Origin: Planctomycetota bacterium
GTDB taxonomy: Bacteria; Planctomycetota; B15-G4
DNA length: 64,000 nt
Direction: 5' to 3'
NCBI GenBank assembly: GCA_029259745.1
Contig: JAJDEO010000069.1
Location: forward strand, 129,983 to 193,982
Under the pieces are notes generated by a model that worked only from the letters and a program-made list of their open reading frames with translations, made no database searches and was not told the DNA's origin. Positions 19,292 through 30,123 of the stretch are shown here, piece after piece. Position 1 is the stretch's first letter; the number at the start of each line of letters is the position of its first letter. A program made the translations under genes and the position numbers.

Positions 19292-19462
19292 TCAGCCCTT
19301 CGCTGCCTTGAACTTCGTGCGCACCTTCGGGAGGCCGTAGACGGACTCGCCTTCGCTCCAGGTGCCCTTGCGACGCAGCGCTTCGATCCGCTCGACGCGC
19401 GTGAGCACGCTTCTGGACCGCAGCAGGCCGGCCTTGACCTTGAGACTCCTGTGGATCGACAT
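19292..19462 (-). CDS. PVC-superphylum signature small basic protein (56 aa; absent from ORF track)
   Basis: Manual translation MSIHRSLKVKAGLLRSRSVLTRVERIEALRRKGTWSEGESVYGLPKVRTKFKAAKG matches the family pattern S.H.SL...R.VL.R.ERI...W...S..GLPK. Confidence 0.93.
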   Translation of the reverse strand: MSIHRSLKVKAGLLRSRSVLTRVERIEALRRKGTWSEGESVYGLPKVRTKFKAAKG

Positions 19463-19576
19463 CGTTCGACTCGCGGGTATTCATCGGGCCGTCGTGGCTC
19501 GGGAACTCCGAGTACGACGCGGACCAGGCATGGTGGCCAATCCTTTCCGCCCGGTCAAGCGACCAGCCAGGGGACG

Positions 19577-20578
19577 CTATTCGGCGGCCGGGTGGCCGAC
19601 GATGAAAGCCGTGTGGAAGGGGCGCTGCTCCTTGCCCAACGGCGTGGTCCGCAGCTGGGCGAGCAGCGGCTCGAGCTCGGCCTTCGTGGCGGCACGCCCC
19701 ACGATCAGCGCGACATCCGTGAATCCGCCGTCGCCGTCGGGCACGCCCGTGACGTTGACCTCGGGGAACCCCAGGCTCTCGAGCCCATCGGCAGCCGCAT
19801 TGGCCGCAGCGAGGTTCGAGCCGTAGCTGACGGCCTGGATCGTGTACTCGCTCGGCGCCGACGAGCTTCCCAGGGCGACGTCCGTGCCCGCATTCGCCAG
19901 GGCCGACTTTTGCAGCGACGGGTTGTCGCCATCGCCTGCGGCAGCGGCGTCGTCACCACCCAGCATCGCCCACAGAGCGAGCCCGACGACGAGCACACCG
20001 GCTGCGCTGAGCAGCAGATACGACAGCGAGCGCGTGCCCGAGGAGATCCCCGGCGGCAGGATCAGCCCGTCGCTCTGGGCCTTCTGCGTGAGTGGACGCG
20101 AGACGGCCGGCGCCTTGGCGGCGGATGACGACTTGACGCTTGGCGGCGTGGATGCGGCCGGGGATCCAGGCGGCTTGCCAACAGCCGGCGCGTCGAGCCC
20201 CACCGGGCGCAGCGGCGGCGGCGTCTCGAGTTCGACACGGCGCGTCGGCGGCTTCTCGTCGACAGGGGCGGCCGGCGCCTCGGAGGCTTCGAGCGCGCGG
20301 CGCTGGGCCAGGATGGCTTCGAGCGCGTTGCTCGGCCCGTCCTCGGCCTCGGTTTCGATCTCCTCGTCGTCGTCAGCCTCGCTGACGGGCTCGGGACGAT
20401 CGTCGATCGTCTCGGCAATCACGGCCGTGGTCTCGTCGCTGTCCTGAGCCTCGCGCGGCGTGCTGACGAGCACCTTGCCCGCCATCGTGCGCCGCCGCTG
20501 TCGCGGGTCACGCGTCGCCGAGTCGAACCCCGCCTTCGACGAGCGGAACAGATCGAGAGGATGCTTGTTCGCGGCCAT
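19577..20578 (-). CDS. Hypothetical single-TM protein with low-complexity N-region and SPOR-like C-terminal domain
   Basis: Acidic/Pro-rich region, one TM helix, then YTIQAVSY...A...A..L...GF...VG, a SPOR-like pattern. Confidence 0.6.
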   Translation of the reverse strand: MAANKHPLDLFRSSKAGFDSATRDPRQRRRTMAGKVLVSTPREAQDSDETTAVIAETIDDRPEPVSEADDDEEIETEAEDGPSNALEAILAQRRALEASEAPAAPVDEKPPTRRVELETPPPLRPVGLDAPAVGKPPGSPAASTPPSVKSSSAAKAPAVSRPLTQKAQSDGLILPPGISSGTRSLSYLLLSAAGVLVVGLALWAMLGGDDAAAAGDGDNPSLQKSALANAGTDVALGSSSAPSEYTIQAVSYGSNLAAANAAADGLESLGFPEVNVTGVPDGDGGFTDVALIVGRAATKAELEPLLAQLRTTPLGKEQRPFHTAFIVGHPAAE

Positions 20579-20736
20579 GATCCGACTCCACAGCGAAGCC
20601 CCGAGCCAATCGGCCCAGGGCACCGAAGTCCAAAAACCCGCCCCGAGACGGAGCGGTTCCACCCGCAGGCTAGGCAACGGAAAGGCCCGTTTCTAGCTTG
20701 TGGATGGATCGGGGATGGTCGCGGCGCCGGGCGGCG

Positions 20737-21126
20737 TCACGAGGATGACCGCCGCAGGGTGGCGATGATGGCCCCGACGGCGCCGCCGAGGACGAACGCG
20801 CCCGCCAGCGCGGCCCCGAGCCCGATGACGAGGCCCGCCTGCGGATCGGGCGGCGAGAGCACCTCGAACGCGATCGCCAGCCCGATGAGCGTCGCCCCAC
20901 CGACGATGCCGGCGAAGGCTCGCCGAGCACCCACCACGGCGCCCGCGACAAGCAGCACGATCACGCCCGGCACGACGGAGCGCAGGTGGTCGGCCACGGC
21001 GATCGCGGCCACTCCCAACAGAAGCGCAACCAGCGCCCCGACAACACCGACACCGAGACGGGCGCTTTGTCGCGCTCGCGCAGACACGTCGGTCGAGGCG
21101 CTGTCTTCGGGTTCGTGAGACGTCAC
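20737..21126 (-). CDS. Small membrane protein
   Basis: About four hydrophobic helices; co-oriented with neighbours; start uncertain. Confidence 0.55.
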   Translation of the reverse strand: MTSHEPEDSASTDVSARARQSARLGVGVVGALVALLLGVAAIAVADHLRSVVPGVIVLLVAGAVVGARRAFAGIVGGATLIGLAIAFEVLSPPDPQAGLVIGLGAALAGAFVLGGAVGAIIATLRRSSS

Positions 21127-21201
21127 GCTGCGAGGTGTCCGTGTGAGAGTGCTGTGGCTCCGCAGCATGTCGCGCGCGAGACCGCGCGACGCCGACACTC
21201 C

Positions 21202-22644
21202 CTACCGCTCGGTGCGGACCTGTTCGCGGAAGAGGCGCTCTTCGGCCTCGAGCGTGCGGCCGTTGGCGCGCTGGTAGGCCTCGGCGAGCGGGGCGCCGTT
21301 GAGCTCGCGCAGCCAGCCCGTGACGCCGATCGTGCCGTGCATCGTGACGACGTGGTCGATGAAGGCGTAAGAGGTCAGGTAGGCGAGCGAGACTTCGTCC
21401 TGGCTCGTGAACTGCATGAACGTGTCGGGCAGTTCGGAGATCTCGGGGATGCCGGTGCGCGGCACGCCCTTGGAGTCGAGATAGTTCGTGAGGCGCGCGA
21501 TGCCGACACCGCGTCCGTGTTGCACGTACTGGGCGATGCCTTCGTTGAGCACGGCCGGACAGCGCGGCGCGATCTCCGAGACGATGAAGTGCGCGTACTC
21601 GTGCCGGAAGGTCGACTCGATCTCGTCGCGTTGGTCTTCGAGCGGCATGTCGCGGATCGAGAGGCGGATCTTGCGATCGAACAGCCCGCCGACCCAGTCG
21701 TGCGTGCCGGTGACATCGCGGAACGTCTCGCGGTCGTAGAGAATCACCGTCGCACGCTGCTGCGGATGGGTGCCGAGCGCGTTGCCGACCTCGGCGCGGG
21801 CGCGCTCGAGCACGCCGGCGAGCTGCGGGCCCCAGAGCGGTGACGAGGGATCGTTCGGCGAGCGGATCACGAACGACGACGTCGTGTCGGTGAGGTAGTC
21901 CTGCTCGACGTCCCACTGACGCCGCGCGCGGTCGAGCAGCGTCTGGGCCACGTCGCGCTGCTTGTCGGTCGCGAAGCTGACGGCGCTCGTGTAGGCCTCG
22001 ATCGCGCCGGGCAGGTCGCCCTGGAGCGTGAGCGTGTCGGCGAAGAGCAGCCAGAGGTCTGGGTTGTCGGGGTGCAGTTCGAGCGCCGGGGCGAGGACGT
22101 CGTGAGCCTCGTCGAGTCGGTAGCGGCGCAGCGCGAGGTTGCCCAGGTGCGCCGCGTAGCCGGGCTGCTCGGGCGCGAGCTCGACGGCGCGGACGAGGTC
22201 GCCCTCGGCGTGGTCGAAGCGCAGCTCGGCGCGCAGATCCTCGGAGCGCTTGTAGAGGGCGTAGGCCAGGTTGGCCATGAGCACGGGATGCTCGGGCTCG
22301 ATCGCCAGCGCCGACTCGAGCGACATCACGGCGTCGCCGGTGCGCCCTTCGGCCAGCGCCGCCTTCGCGTCGTCGACGAGGCCGTTGACGCGCGCGCTGA
22401 CCCCCGGCGTCTGCGCTCCGTCGGGCGCGCTCAGCTGCGGTGTGCTCGGCGTGGCACCCACGACGTCGACCGTCGGCTCAACTGGTGTCGTCTCCGGTCC
22501 GTCGCTCCCCACTCCCTCGGTGAGCGCCTCGGCGAACGACTCCCACTGCGCTGCACTCTGCTCGGTGTACTGCTTCCAGCCGAGCACCGCGACCGCGAAG
22601 AGGATCGTGAGCACGGACACGCTGACGAGCACACGCGTACTCAT
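21202..22644 (-). CDS. TPR-repeat protein with C-terminal peptidase MA-like (HEXXH) domain
   Basis: N-terminal TM helix, TPR repeats (A..L.P, A.LG), HEYAH followed by NEGIAQY. Confidence 0.85.
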   Translation of the reverse strand: MSTRVLVSVSVLTILFAVAVLGWKQYTEQSAAQWESFAEALTEGVGSDGPETTPVEPTVDVVGATPSTPQLSAPDGAQTPGVSARVNGLVDDAKAALAEGRTGDAVMSLESALAIEPEHPVLMANLAYALYKRSEDLRAELRFDHAEGDLVRAVELAPEQPGYAAHLGNLALRRYRLDEAHDVLAPALELHPDNPDLWLLFADTLTLQGDLPGAIEAYTSAVSFATDKQRDVAQTLLDRARRQWDVEQDYLTDTTSSFVIRSPNDPSSPLWGPQLAGVLERARAEVGNALGTHPQQRATVILYDRETFRDVTGTHDWVGGLFDRKIRLSIRDMPLEDQRDEIESTFRHEYAHFIVSEIAPRCPAVLNEGIAQYVQHGRGVGIARLTNYLDSKGVPRTGIPEISELPDTFMQFTSQDEVSLAYLTSYAFIDHVVTMHGTIGVTGWLRELNGAPLAEAYQRANGRTLEAEERLFREQVRTER

Positions 22645-23056
22645 CGCGCTGCCTCGCGCCACTCGGCCGTGGCCTCGACGAAGCGCCGGTAGCTGTACGG
22701 CACGCCCCACCGCTCGTGCAGCGCGCGCAGCTCGCCGTGGAAGCGTTCGTAGGCGTCGGTCATGGCCTCGTCCCAATCGGGATCACAGAAGTACAGCCGG
22801 CAGCCGAGCGGGCGGCCGTCGCGGAGCTTACACAGACCGTCGACGTACCAGGGGCACTGACCTGAGGCCGCCTCGGGAACGGCGCCACCCGCGGCCGCGA
22901 CGGCGTAGTCAGTTTCCATGTCGCTGCAGAACAGCTCGTGCTCGGAGCGCGGGAAGTCGCAGCAGCGCCCGGACATCTCGCAGCGCGGCGAGTGGGACGC
23001 GACGTGCGCGTCGACCCGCTCGTAGAACTCGCGCAGCGCCTCCGTTCGCTCGGCGT

Positions 23057-23060
<4 letters not shown>
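22641..23060 (-). CDS. YkgJ-like Cys-cluster (Zn or Fe-S) protein
   Basis: CEMSGRCCDF...CPW....C....RPLGCRLYFCD; overlaps both neighbours by 4 bp. Confidence 0.8.
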
Positions 23061-24178
<1,118 letters not shown>

Positions 24179-24290
24179 GGTGAGACGATCGTACCGCGCG
24201 ATGAAGGGCACCGCCACGGCAGCTCAAGCTCGCGGCGAGCACGGGACGAAGAGTTGGCTGTTCATCGCCTCCCCCCTCCGGAGCAACACG

Positions 24291-25655
24291 GTGCCCGGTT
24301 CCACCGACAACGTCGTGCTCAAGTACTGCGAACTCCTCGATGAGTTCATCCGCATCCGCGTCGTGCCCGAGGAAGAGTGCGCTGCGCTCCTCGCCGGGCT
24401 CGAGGTGACCAACCGAGCGGCCTACCACTCGGTCATCGTCCATCGCTGTGTCGTCGAGTACCACGAGCGCGTGCTTCCGATGTTCGAGAAGCACAACAAG
24501 GTCTACCAGACCGAAGCGCTCGTCGAACTCCTCTACCAGATCTGCATCGAGGTCAACCCGCACCTCGAGATCCACTCCGTCACGCTTCCGACGGATGGCT
24601 CGGATCTGGCTCTCGGAGGTGACGCCGAAACCGAAGGCATGCTCGAGGCGGAGCGCGAAGCTCTGCGCGAGAAGGCCGACGACATCGACGTCATCCTCGG
24701 CCAGCGCGTGATCGGCCAGGACAACGCCGTCCGCTCGATCAGCCAGGCCGTGCGCAAGGCCGCCGTCGGACTGCGCGACCCGCGCAAACCGATCGGCGTC
24801 TTCCTCATGGTCGGCCCGACAGGCACCGGCAAGACCGAGATGGCCAAGGCCGTCACGCGTCAGCTCTTCGGCACGCTCACGTCGCTCGTGCGCATCGACT
24901 GCAGCGAGTACGCGCTGCCCCACGAGTACGCCAAGCTGATCGGCGCGCCGCCCGGGTACATCGGTCACAACGAAGGCGGGCAGCTCACCGAGTCGGTCAA
25001 GCAGAAGAAGACCTGCGTGGTGCTGTTCGACGAGATCGAGAAGGCTCACGAGAAGGTCCACAACCTGCTGCTGCAGCTCATGGACGAGGGCACGCTCACG
25101 GACAACAAGGGCGAGCGCATCTCATTCCAGCGCTGCGTGGTGTTGATGACGTCCAACCTCGGCGTCGACGACCTGCGTCGCTTTCAGGACCGCGTCGGAT
25201 TCGGCGGCACGTCGAAGCCCGAACTCGCCGTCGACGCCGTGCGATCGACGGTCGGCGAGGCCGTCAAGAAGGCCTTCAAGCCCGAGTTCATCAACCGCAT
25301 CGACGAGGTCATCCAGTTCCAGCCGCTGACGGTGGAAGACTGCGAGTCGATCGCCAACCTGCAGCTCCAGGAGATGGCCGGCTACCTCTCGCGGACCGGC
25401 GTCGACCTGCGTTTCACGCCGGCGCTCATGAAGTACCTCGCGCGCCAGGGCTGGTCGCCCGAGTACGGCGCGCGCGAGCTGCGTCGCATCATCCGCGACA
25501 CGGTCGAGAACCCGCTCGCCGAGCACCTCATGAAGGGTGACTTCGCCCGCGGCGACCGCGTCACGATCTCGGCCCGCGGCAAGTCGTCGATCGTCATGAC
25601 GAAGCGCGCCAGTCGCCCCAGCACCAAGGACGACCCGCAGCGCGAAGTCGCCTGA
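24291..25655 (+). CDS. Clp/Hsp100 ATPase with a single ClpA/B/C D2-type AAA+ domain
   Basis: VIGQ, GPTGTGKT, IDCSEY, LIGAPPGYIG, LFDEIEKAH, MTSN, FKPEFINRID, YGARELRR; GGAG precedes GTG at 24291. Confidence 0.9.
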   Translation: MPGSTDNVVLKYCELLDEFIRIRVVPEEECAALLAGLEVTNRAAYHSVIVHRCVVEYHERVLPMFEKHNKVYQTEALVELLYQICIEVNPHLEIHSVTLPTDGSDLALGGDAETEGMLEAEREALREKADDIDVILGQRVIGQDNAVRSISQAVRKAAVGLRDPRKPIGVFLMVGPTGTGKTEMAKAVTRQLFGTLTSLVRIDCSEYALPHEYAKLIGAPPGYIGHNEGGQLTESVKQKKTCVVLFDEIEKAHEKVHNLLLQLMDEGTLTDNKGERISFQRCVVLMTSNLGVDDLRRFQDRVGFGGTSKPELAVDAVRSTVGEAVKKAFKPEFINRIDEVIQFQPLTVEDCESIANLQLQEMAGYLSRTGVDLRFTPALMKYLARQGWSPEYGARELRRIIRDTVENPLAEHLMKGDFARGDRVTISARGKSSIVMTKRASRPSTKDDPQREVA

Positions 25656-25683
25656 CGACAACACCACCAGAGATCGCCACCAC

Positions 25684-25717
25684 AGCGCGCGGCCCGGGAC
25701 ATCCTCGGCCGCGCGCT
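25684..25717 (+). terminator. GC-rich hairpin downstream of the Clp ATPase gene
   Basis: AGCGCGCGGCC (25684-25694) pairs with GGCCGCGCGCT (25707-25717); no clear U tract. Confidence 0.35.
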
Positions 25718-25748
25718 TGTCGTCGTGGTGGCTGGTATCCTCGGAGCC

Positions 25749-26933
25749 ATGACGAATCCCCAGCGGTTTGAAGCTCAGCGTGTCGCCGGTATCGCCCAGT
25801 CGGACATCCGTTTGATGTCGCGACGCTGTATGGAGGTGGGCGCGGTCAACCTCGGGCAGGGCATCTGCGATCAGCCGACGCCGGACCTCGTCAAGGAGGC
25901 GGCCAAGGCGGCGATCGATGCCGACCAGTCGATCTACTCGAAGTACGAGGGGATCGATCCGCTGCGCGCGGCCATCGCGCGCAAGATGAAGAGCTACAAC
26001 GGCATCGAGTGTGATCCCGACACCGACGTGATGGTGTCCGCGGGGTCGACGGGCGCGTTCGTCGCCGCCGTGCTGTCGTTCATCGAGGCCGGCGACGAGG
26101 TGATCCTCTTCTCGCCCTTCTATGGCTACCACCTCAACGTCCTCAAGCTCGCGCGCCCGACGATCAAGCACGTCACGCTGCGCGGGGACAACTGGGAGTT
26201 CGATCCCGACGAACTCGCGGCAGCCTTCACGTCGAAGACAAAAGCGATCATCGTCAACACGCCGGCCAACCCCTGCGGCAAGGTCTTCACGCGCGAGGAG
26301 CTCGCCACGATCGCGGGCCTTTGCCAAGAGCACGACGTGCTCGCGATCACGGACGAGATCTACGAGTACATCCTTTACGACGACCACGAGCACGTCTCGC
26401 TCGCGACGCTGCCCGGCATGGCCGACCGCACGATCACGATCAGCGGCTTCTCGAAAACCTACAACATGACCGGCTGGCGGCTCGGCTACTCCGTCGCGGC
26501 CCAGCCGCTCACCGCGCGCATGGGCGTGGTAGCCGACCTCGTCTACATCTGCCCGCCGACGCCGCTGCAGCACGGCGTCGTCGCGGCCTTCGACCTGCCG
26601 GCCTCGTATTACGAGCAGATGTCGGCCGACTACGCGGCCAAGCGCGCCATGACGATGGAGGCCTGCGATGCCGTGGGCCTGCGCTCGCTGGCGCCGCACG
26701 GGTCGTACTACCTCATGGTGGACGTCCGCGACGCAGGCTTCACGACCGATCGCGAGGCCGCCGACGTCCTGCTGAACCACTGCGGCGTCGCGGCCGTGCC
26801 GGGTTCGTCGTTCTACGTCGATCCGAAGGATGGGGCCACGCAGCTGCGCCTGTGCTTCGCCAAGCAGGATCACGATCTCGAACGGGCCTGCGCCGGGATT
26901 CGCTCGCTGCCCGACGTGATGGCATCTCGCTGA
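25749..26933 (+). CDS. PLP-dependent aminotransferase class I/II
   Basis: VNLGQG, NTPANPCG, TDEIYE, SGFSKTYNMTGWRLGY, RLCFAK. Confidence 0.92.
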   Translation: MTNPQRFEAQRVAGIAQSDIRLMSRRCMEVGAVNLGQGICDQPTPDLVKEAAKAAIDADQSIYSKYEGIDPLRAAIARKMKSYNGIECDPDTDVMVSAGSTGAFVAAVLSFIEAGDEVILFSPFYGYHLNVLKLARPTIKHVTLRGDNWEFDPDELAAAFTSKTKAIIVNTPANPCGKVFTREELATIAGLCQEHDVLAITDEIYEYILYDDHEHVSLATLPGMADRTITISGFSKTYNMTGWRLGYSVAAQPLTARMGVVADLVYICPPTPLQHGVVAAFDLPASYYEQMSADYAAKRAMTMEACDAVGLRSLAPHGSYYLMVDVRDAGFTTDREAADVLLNHCGVAAVPGSSFYVDPKDGATQLRLCFAKQDHDLERACAGIRSLPDVMASR

Positions 26934-27049
26934 CGGCCGCGAACGGCGGGGCGCCGTGCTGGGACCGGCTGCACACGTAGGCTAAGTTGCGAGCCGACGC
27001 CCCGAGCGCGGGGCGTCATCCCGGCCCCACCTCCGCCCAGCCCCGGCAC

Positions 27050-27829
27050 GTGACCGACTCCCCCACCCTTCCCGACGACGACAGCGACGACGGCCACGAC
27101 AGCCTCGCGCCCGCCGACGCGCCGCCGGCCGAGGCCGTGCCCGAACCCGCGCCGGTCGACATGCCCGGCGCGGCACCGGCCGTCGTCTTCGCCGAGACGC
27201 CCGAGCCGCTCCACCCGAAAATCCGCATCGCGTGGCTCATCGAGGAACTCATCGGCGCGGTCGTCCTCGGCGGCATCGCCTGGTGCGTCGACTTCCTCTG
27301 GCTCTCGCCGCACGTCGACTGGTGGCCCTTCGCGCGCGGGGTGCTCTTCACGGTCGTGCTCGTCGGTCAGCTGGTCTGGGCCGCGATCTCGCCCAAGCTC
27401 ACGTACCGCCACTGGCGCTACGCCGTGCGCGCCCACGACGTGCTCACGATGTCGGGCATCTTCTGGCGCACGCAGCGCTCGGTGCCGCGCCTGCGCATCC
27501 AGCACGTCGAGCTCGAGACGGGCCCGATCACGCGCCGCCTCGGACTCGTCTCGGTCACCTTCTACACGGCCGGCACGGGCGCGGCCGACGCGAAGATCCC
27601 CGGCCTGCGCCCCGAGGTCGCCGAGGCGATCCGCGACCGACTCCTTGAACACGACCTGCCGTCGCTCGCGGCGCGCGAGGCCGTCGGCCACGAGAGCGAC
27701 GCGGGCAACGAAGACGCTGACGACGTCAACTCGGACAAGCCCGCACCGAGCGCCGCGTCGCGCACGGCGCGCAAGCTGCGCGACGTCGAGGGCCAGCTGA
27801 TGCTCTTCACACCCTCCGACGCGTCGTGA
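27050..27829 (+). CDS. YdbS-like membrane protein with bacterial PH domain
   Basis: Two TM helices then YRHWRY...GIFWR...VP..RIQHV....GPI.R..GL..TAG...IPGL. Confidence 0.85.
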   Translation: MTDSPTLPDDDSDDGHDSLAPADAPPAEAVPEPAPVDMPGAAPAVVFAETPEPLHPKIRIAWLIEELIGAVVLGGIAWCVDFLWLSPHVDWWPFARGVLFTVVLVGQLVWAAISPKLTYRHWRYAVRAHDVLTMSGIFWRTQRSVPRLRIQHVELETGPITRRLGLVSVTFYTAGTGAADAKIPGLRPEVAEAIRDRLLEHDLPSLAAREAVGHESDAGNEDADDVNSDKPAPSAASRTARKLRDVEGQLMLFTPSDAS

Positions 27830-29372
27830 GCGTCACCCTGCCGCCGCCCGCCGAAGCGCCGCTCGACAAGAACGCCGTCGCGCAGTTCAGCGAGCCGCGC
27901 AGGCTGCACGCGATCACGCCCGTCGTCGAGGCCCTGCGGCGCATCCCGGCGTTCATCGTGCCCGCCGGCGCCTTTGCCTTCACGCAGGACCGCGACTCGG
28001 GCGTCTGGATCATCGTCCTCGCCATCGCGGGCTTGATGTCGCTGCTGCGCCCGACGCTGCGCTACATCGCCGTGCGCTACTACGTTCACGCGGGGCACCT
28101 CGTCATCCACGAGGGGCTTTTCATGAAGGTCGACCGGTCGATCCCCGTCGAGCGCACCAGAACATCGACATCAAGCGCGCCCTCGTGCACCGGCTGACGG
28201 GCGTCGCGGAGATGCGCATCGAGACGGCCGGCGGGTCGGACGCCGAGGCCGACCTGACCGTGCTGTCGATGGCCGACGCCGTCGAGCTCCGGAAGCTCGT
28301 GCTCGAGCTGCGCCACGCCAAGCGCGGCGACACCGAGACTCCCCGCGACGAGGACGCCACGTCAGCCGACGACGAGGGCGTCGACGTCGTCGCACTTACG
28401 CTCCCCGACCTGCTCATTGCTGGCGCGACGGCAAACCGCATCGGCGTCATCATCGCAGCGTTCTTCGGCTTGCTCGAGCTCTCGAACTTCGGCGTCGACG
28501 AGCTCCGATCGCTCAGTGAACTCCGCTCGCTCAGGGAGCTCGACGTCGTCGCGCACCAAGAGATCGCGGCCGCGCTCGCCATCATCGCGCTCGTGTTGGC
28601 CGGCTGGCTCGTTTCTATCGTGCTCACCGTCATCACCTACTACGGATTCCGCCTGCGTCGCACCGGCGACGACCTGCGTTCGCGCTACGGATTACTCACG
28701 CAGCACGAGGCCACGATCCCACGCGCGCGACTCCAGGCGTTGCACATCGAGGCCAACCCGCCCCGCCGCCTCACGGGGCACGTCACGGTGACGGCCCACA
28801 CGGCGGGCTCGGGCGACGAGCAAGGCGAGGGATCGTCGCACCCGATTCTGGCGCCGATCCTGCGCGAGACGGACGTCGCGACGCTCGCCCGCGACGTCTT
28901 CCCTTCCTGCGCCCTTGACGCCACGCCCCTGCGCGCCGTCCACCCGCGCTCGCGGCGCCGCGCCTTCGTGCGCGCGTTCCTCGTCCTCGCCGTCCCGACG
29001 CTGATCGCCACGTTCGCGTGGCAGACGCGCGCCGCGTTCGGACTGATCGCCGCCCTGCCGATCGCGGCGCTCTACGGTCATCTACGCTACCGCTCGCTCG
29101 GCTACGCGCTGACGGCGCACCACGTCATCACCCGCAACGGCATCTGGACGCGGCGCATGTGGGTCGTGCCGCTCGAGAAGGTGCAGACGGTGGCCGTGCA
29201 CAGCAGCCCGTTCCAGCGCAGGCTCGGGCTCGCCAGCGTTTCGATCGACACGGCCGGCGGCCACGTGTGGAGCCGGCCGCGGATCATCGACGTCCCGACA
29301 GCCGTCGCCCACCAGATCCTCGAGGAACTCTCGGTGGCGTCCGATCGGACGGGTTCGCTGCGAGGAGTCTGA
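27826..29372 (+). pseudogene. YdbT-like membrane protein with three bPH domains, split by a 1-nt deletion near 28156 (possible sequencing error)
   Basis: ORFs 27826..28197 and 28185..29372 join as IPVER-I-QNIDIKRALVHRLTGVAEMRIETAGG if one T is restored; follows the ydbS-like gene. Confidence 0.8.
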
Positions 29373-29542
29373 GCGCACGCCCGTACCGGGCGCCGTTCGG
29401 CTGCGGGACTTCAGGCAAGACGTGCGAGCCGCTCCCCAAGAGCTCGCGCGCACCTTTCTCGCACGAACTTGAAGGTCGCCGGGAGCGCACGACGCACGGG
29501 TTATCATGCGCGGCGTTTTCGACCCCGTGCGCGGAGAGTGCG

Positions 29543-30097
29543 ATGAGTGCAGGCGTGTGTGTTCTGTTGGCCGACGGCTTCGAGGAGATCGAGGCCGTGA
29601 CGATCATCGACGTGCTGAGGCGCGCCGAGCTCGACGTCACGACTGTCGGCGTGAGCGCGCGTGAGGTGCGTGGTGCGCACGGCATCGCGATCGTCGCCGA
29701 CGCGCTGCTCGAGGAGGTCGACGAGACGGCAGACTGGTCGGCCGTCATCCTGCCCGGCGGAATCCCCGGCGCGACGAATCTCCGCGACGACGTCCGCGTC
29801 CAAGCCCTCGTGAAGCGCCAGGACGCCGCCACGAAGCCCGTCGCCGCGATCTGCGCCGCACCGATCGCGCTCGAGCAAGCCGGCATCCTCGCAGGGCGCG
29901 CCGTCACGTCGTACCCGGCCTTCGCCGACCAGCTCACGAGCGCGAACTACAGCGAGGACGCCGTCGTCACCGACGGGCACATCACGACGAGCCGCGGTGT
30001 CGGTACGGCCCTCGCCTTCGCGCACCGCCTCGTCACCGAACTCAAAGACCGCACGACTGCCGACCGACTCGCCGACGCGATGCTCGTGACGCGCTGA
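29543..30097 (+). CDS. DJ-1/YajL (ThiJ/PfpI) family deglycase
   Basis: LADGFEEIEA, DVLRRA, LPGG.PGA, AAICAAP, TSRG.GTA. Confidence 0.92.
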   Translation: MSAGVCVLLADGFEEIEAVTIIDVLRRAELDVTTVGVSAREVRGAHGIAIVADALLEEVDETADWSAVILPGGIPGATNLRDDVRVQALVKRQDAATKPVAAICAAPIALEQAGILAGRAVTSYPAFADQLTSANYSEDAVVTDGHITTSRGVGTALAFAHRLVTELKDRTTADRLADAMLVTR

Positions 30098-30123
30098 GCC
30101 CACTCCTCCCGTCGAGACCTCCG

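Noticed and set aside
19257-19484. 75-aa ORF in the track
   Set aside because: Wrong frame; the real gene is the 56-aa PVC signature protein.
19491-19518. Imperfect hairpin upstream of the signature protein gene
   Set aside because: Short and bulged; expected by chance at this GC content.
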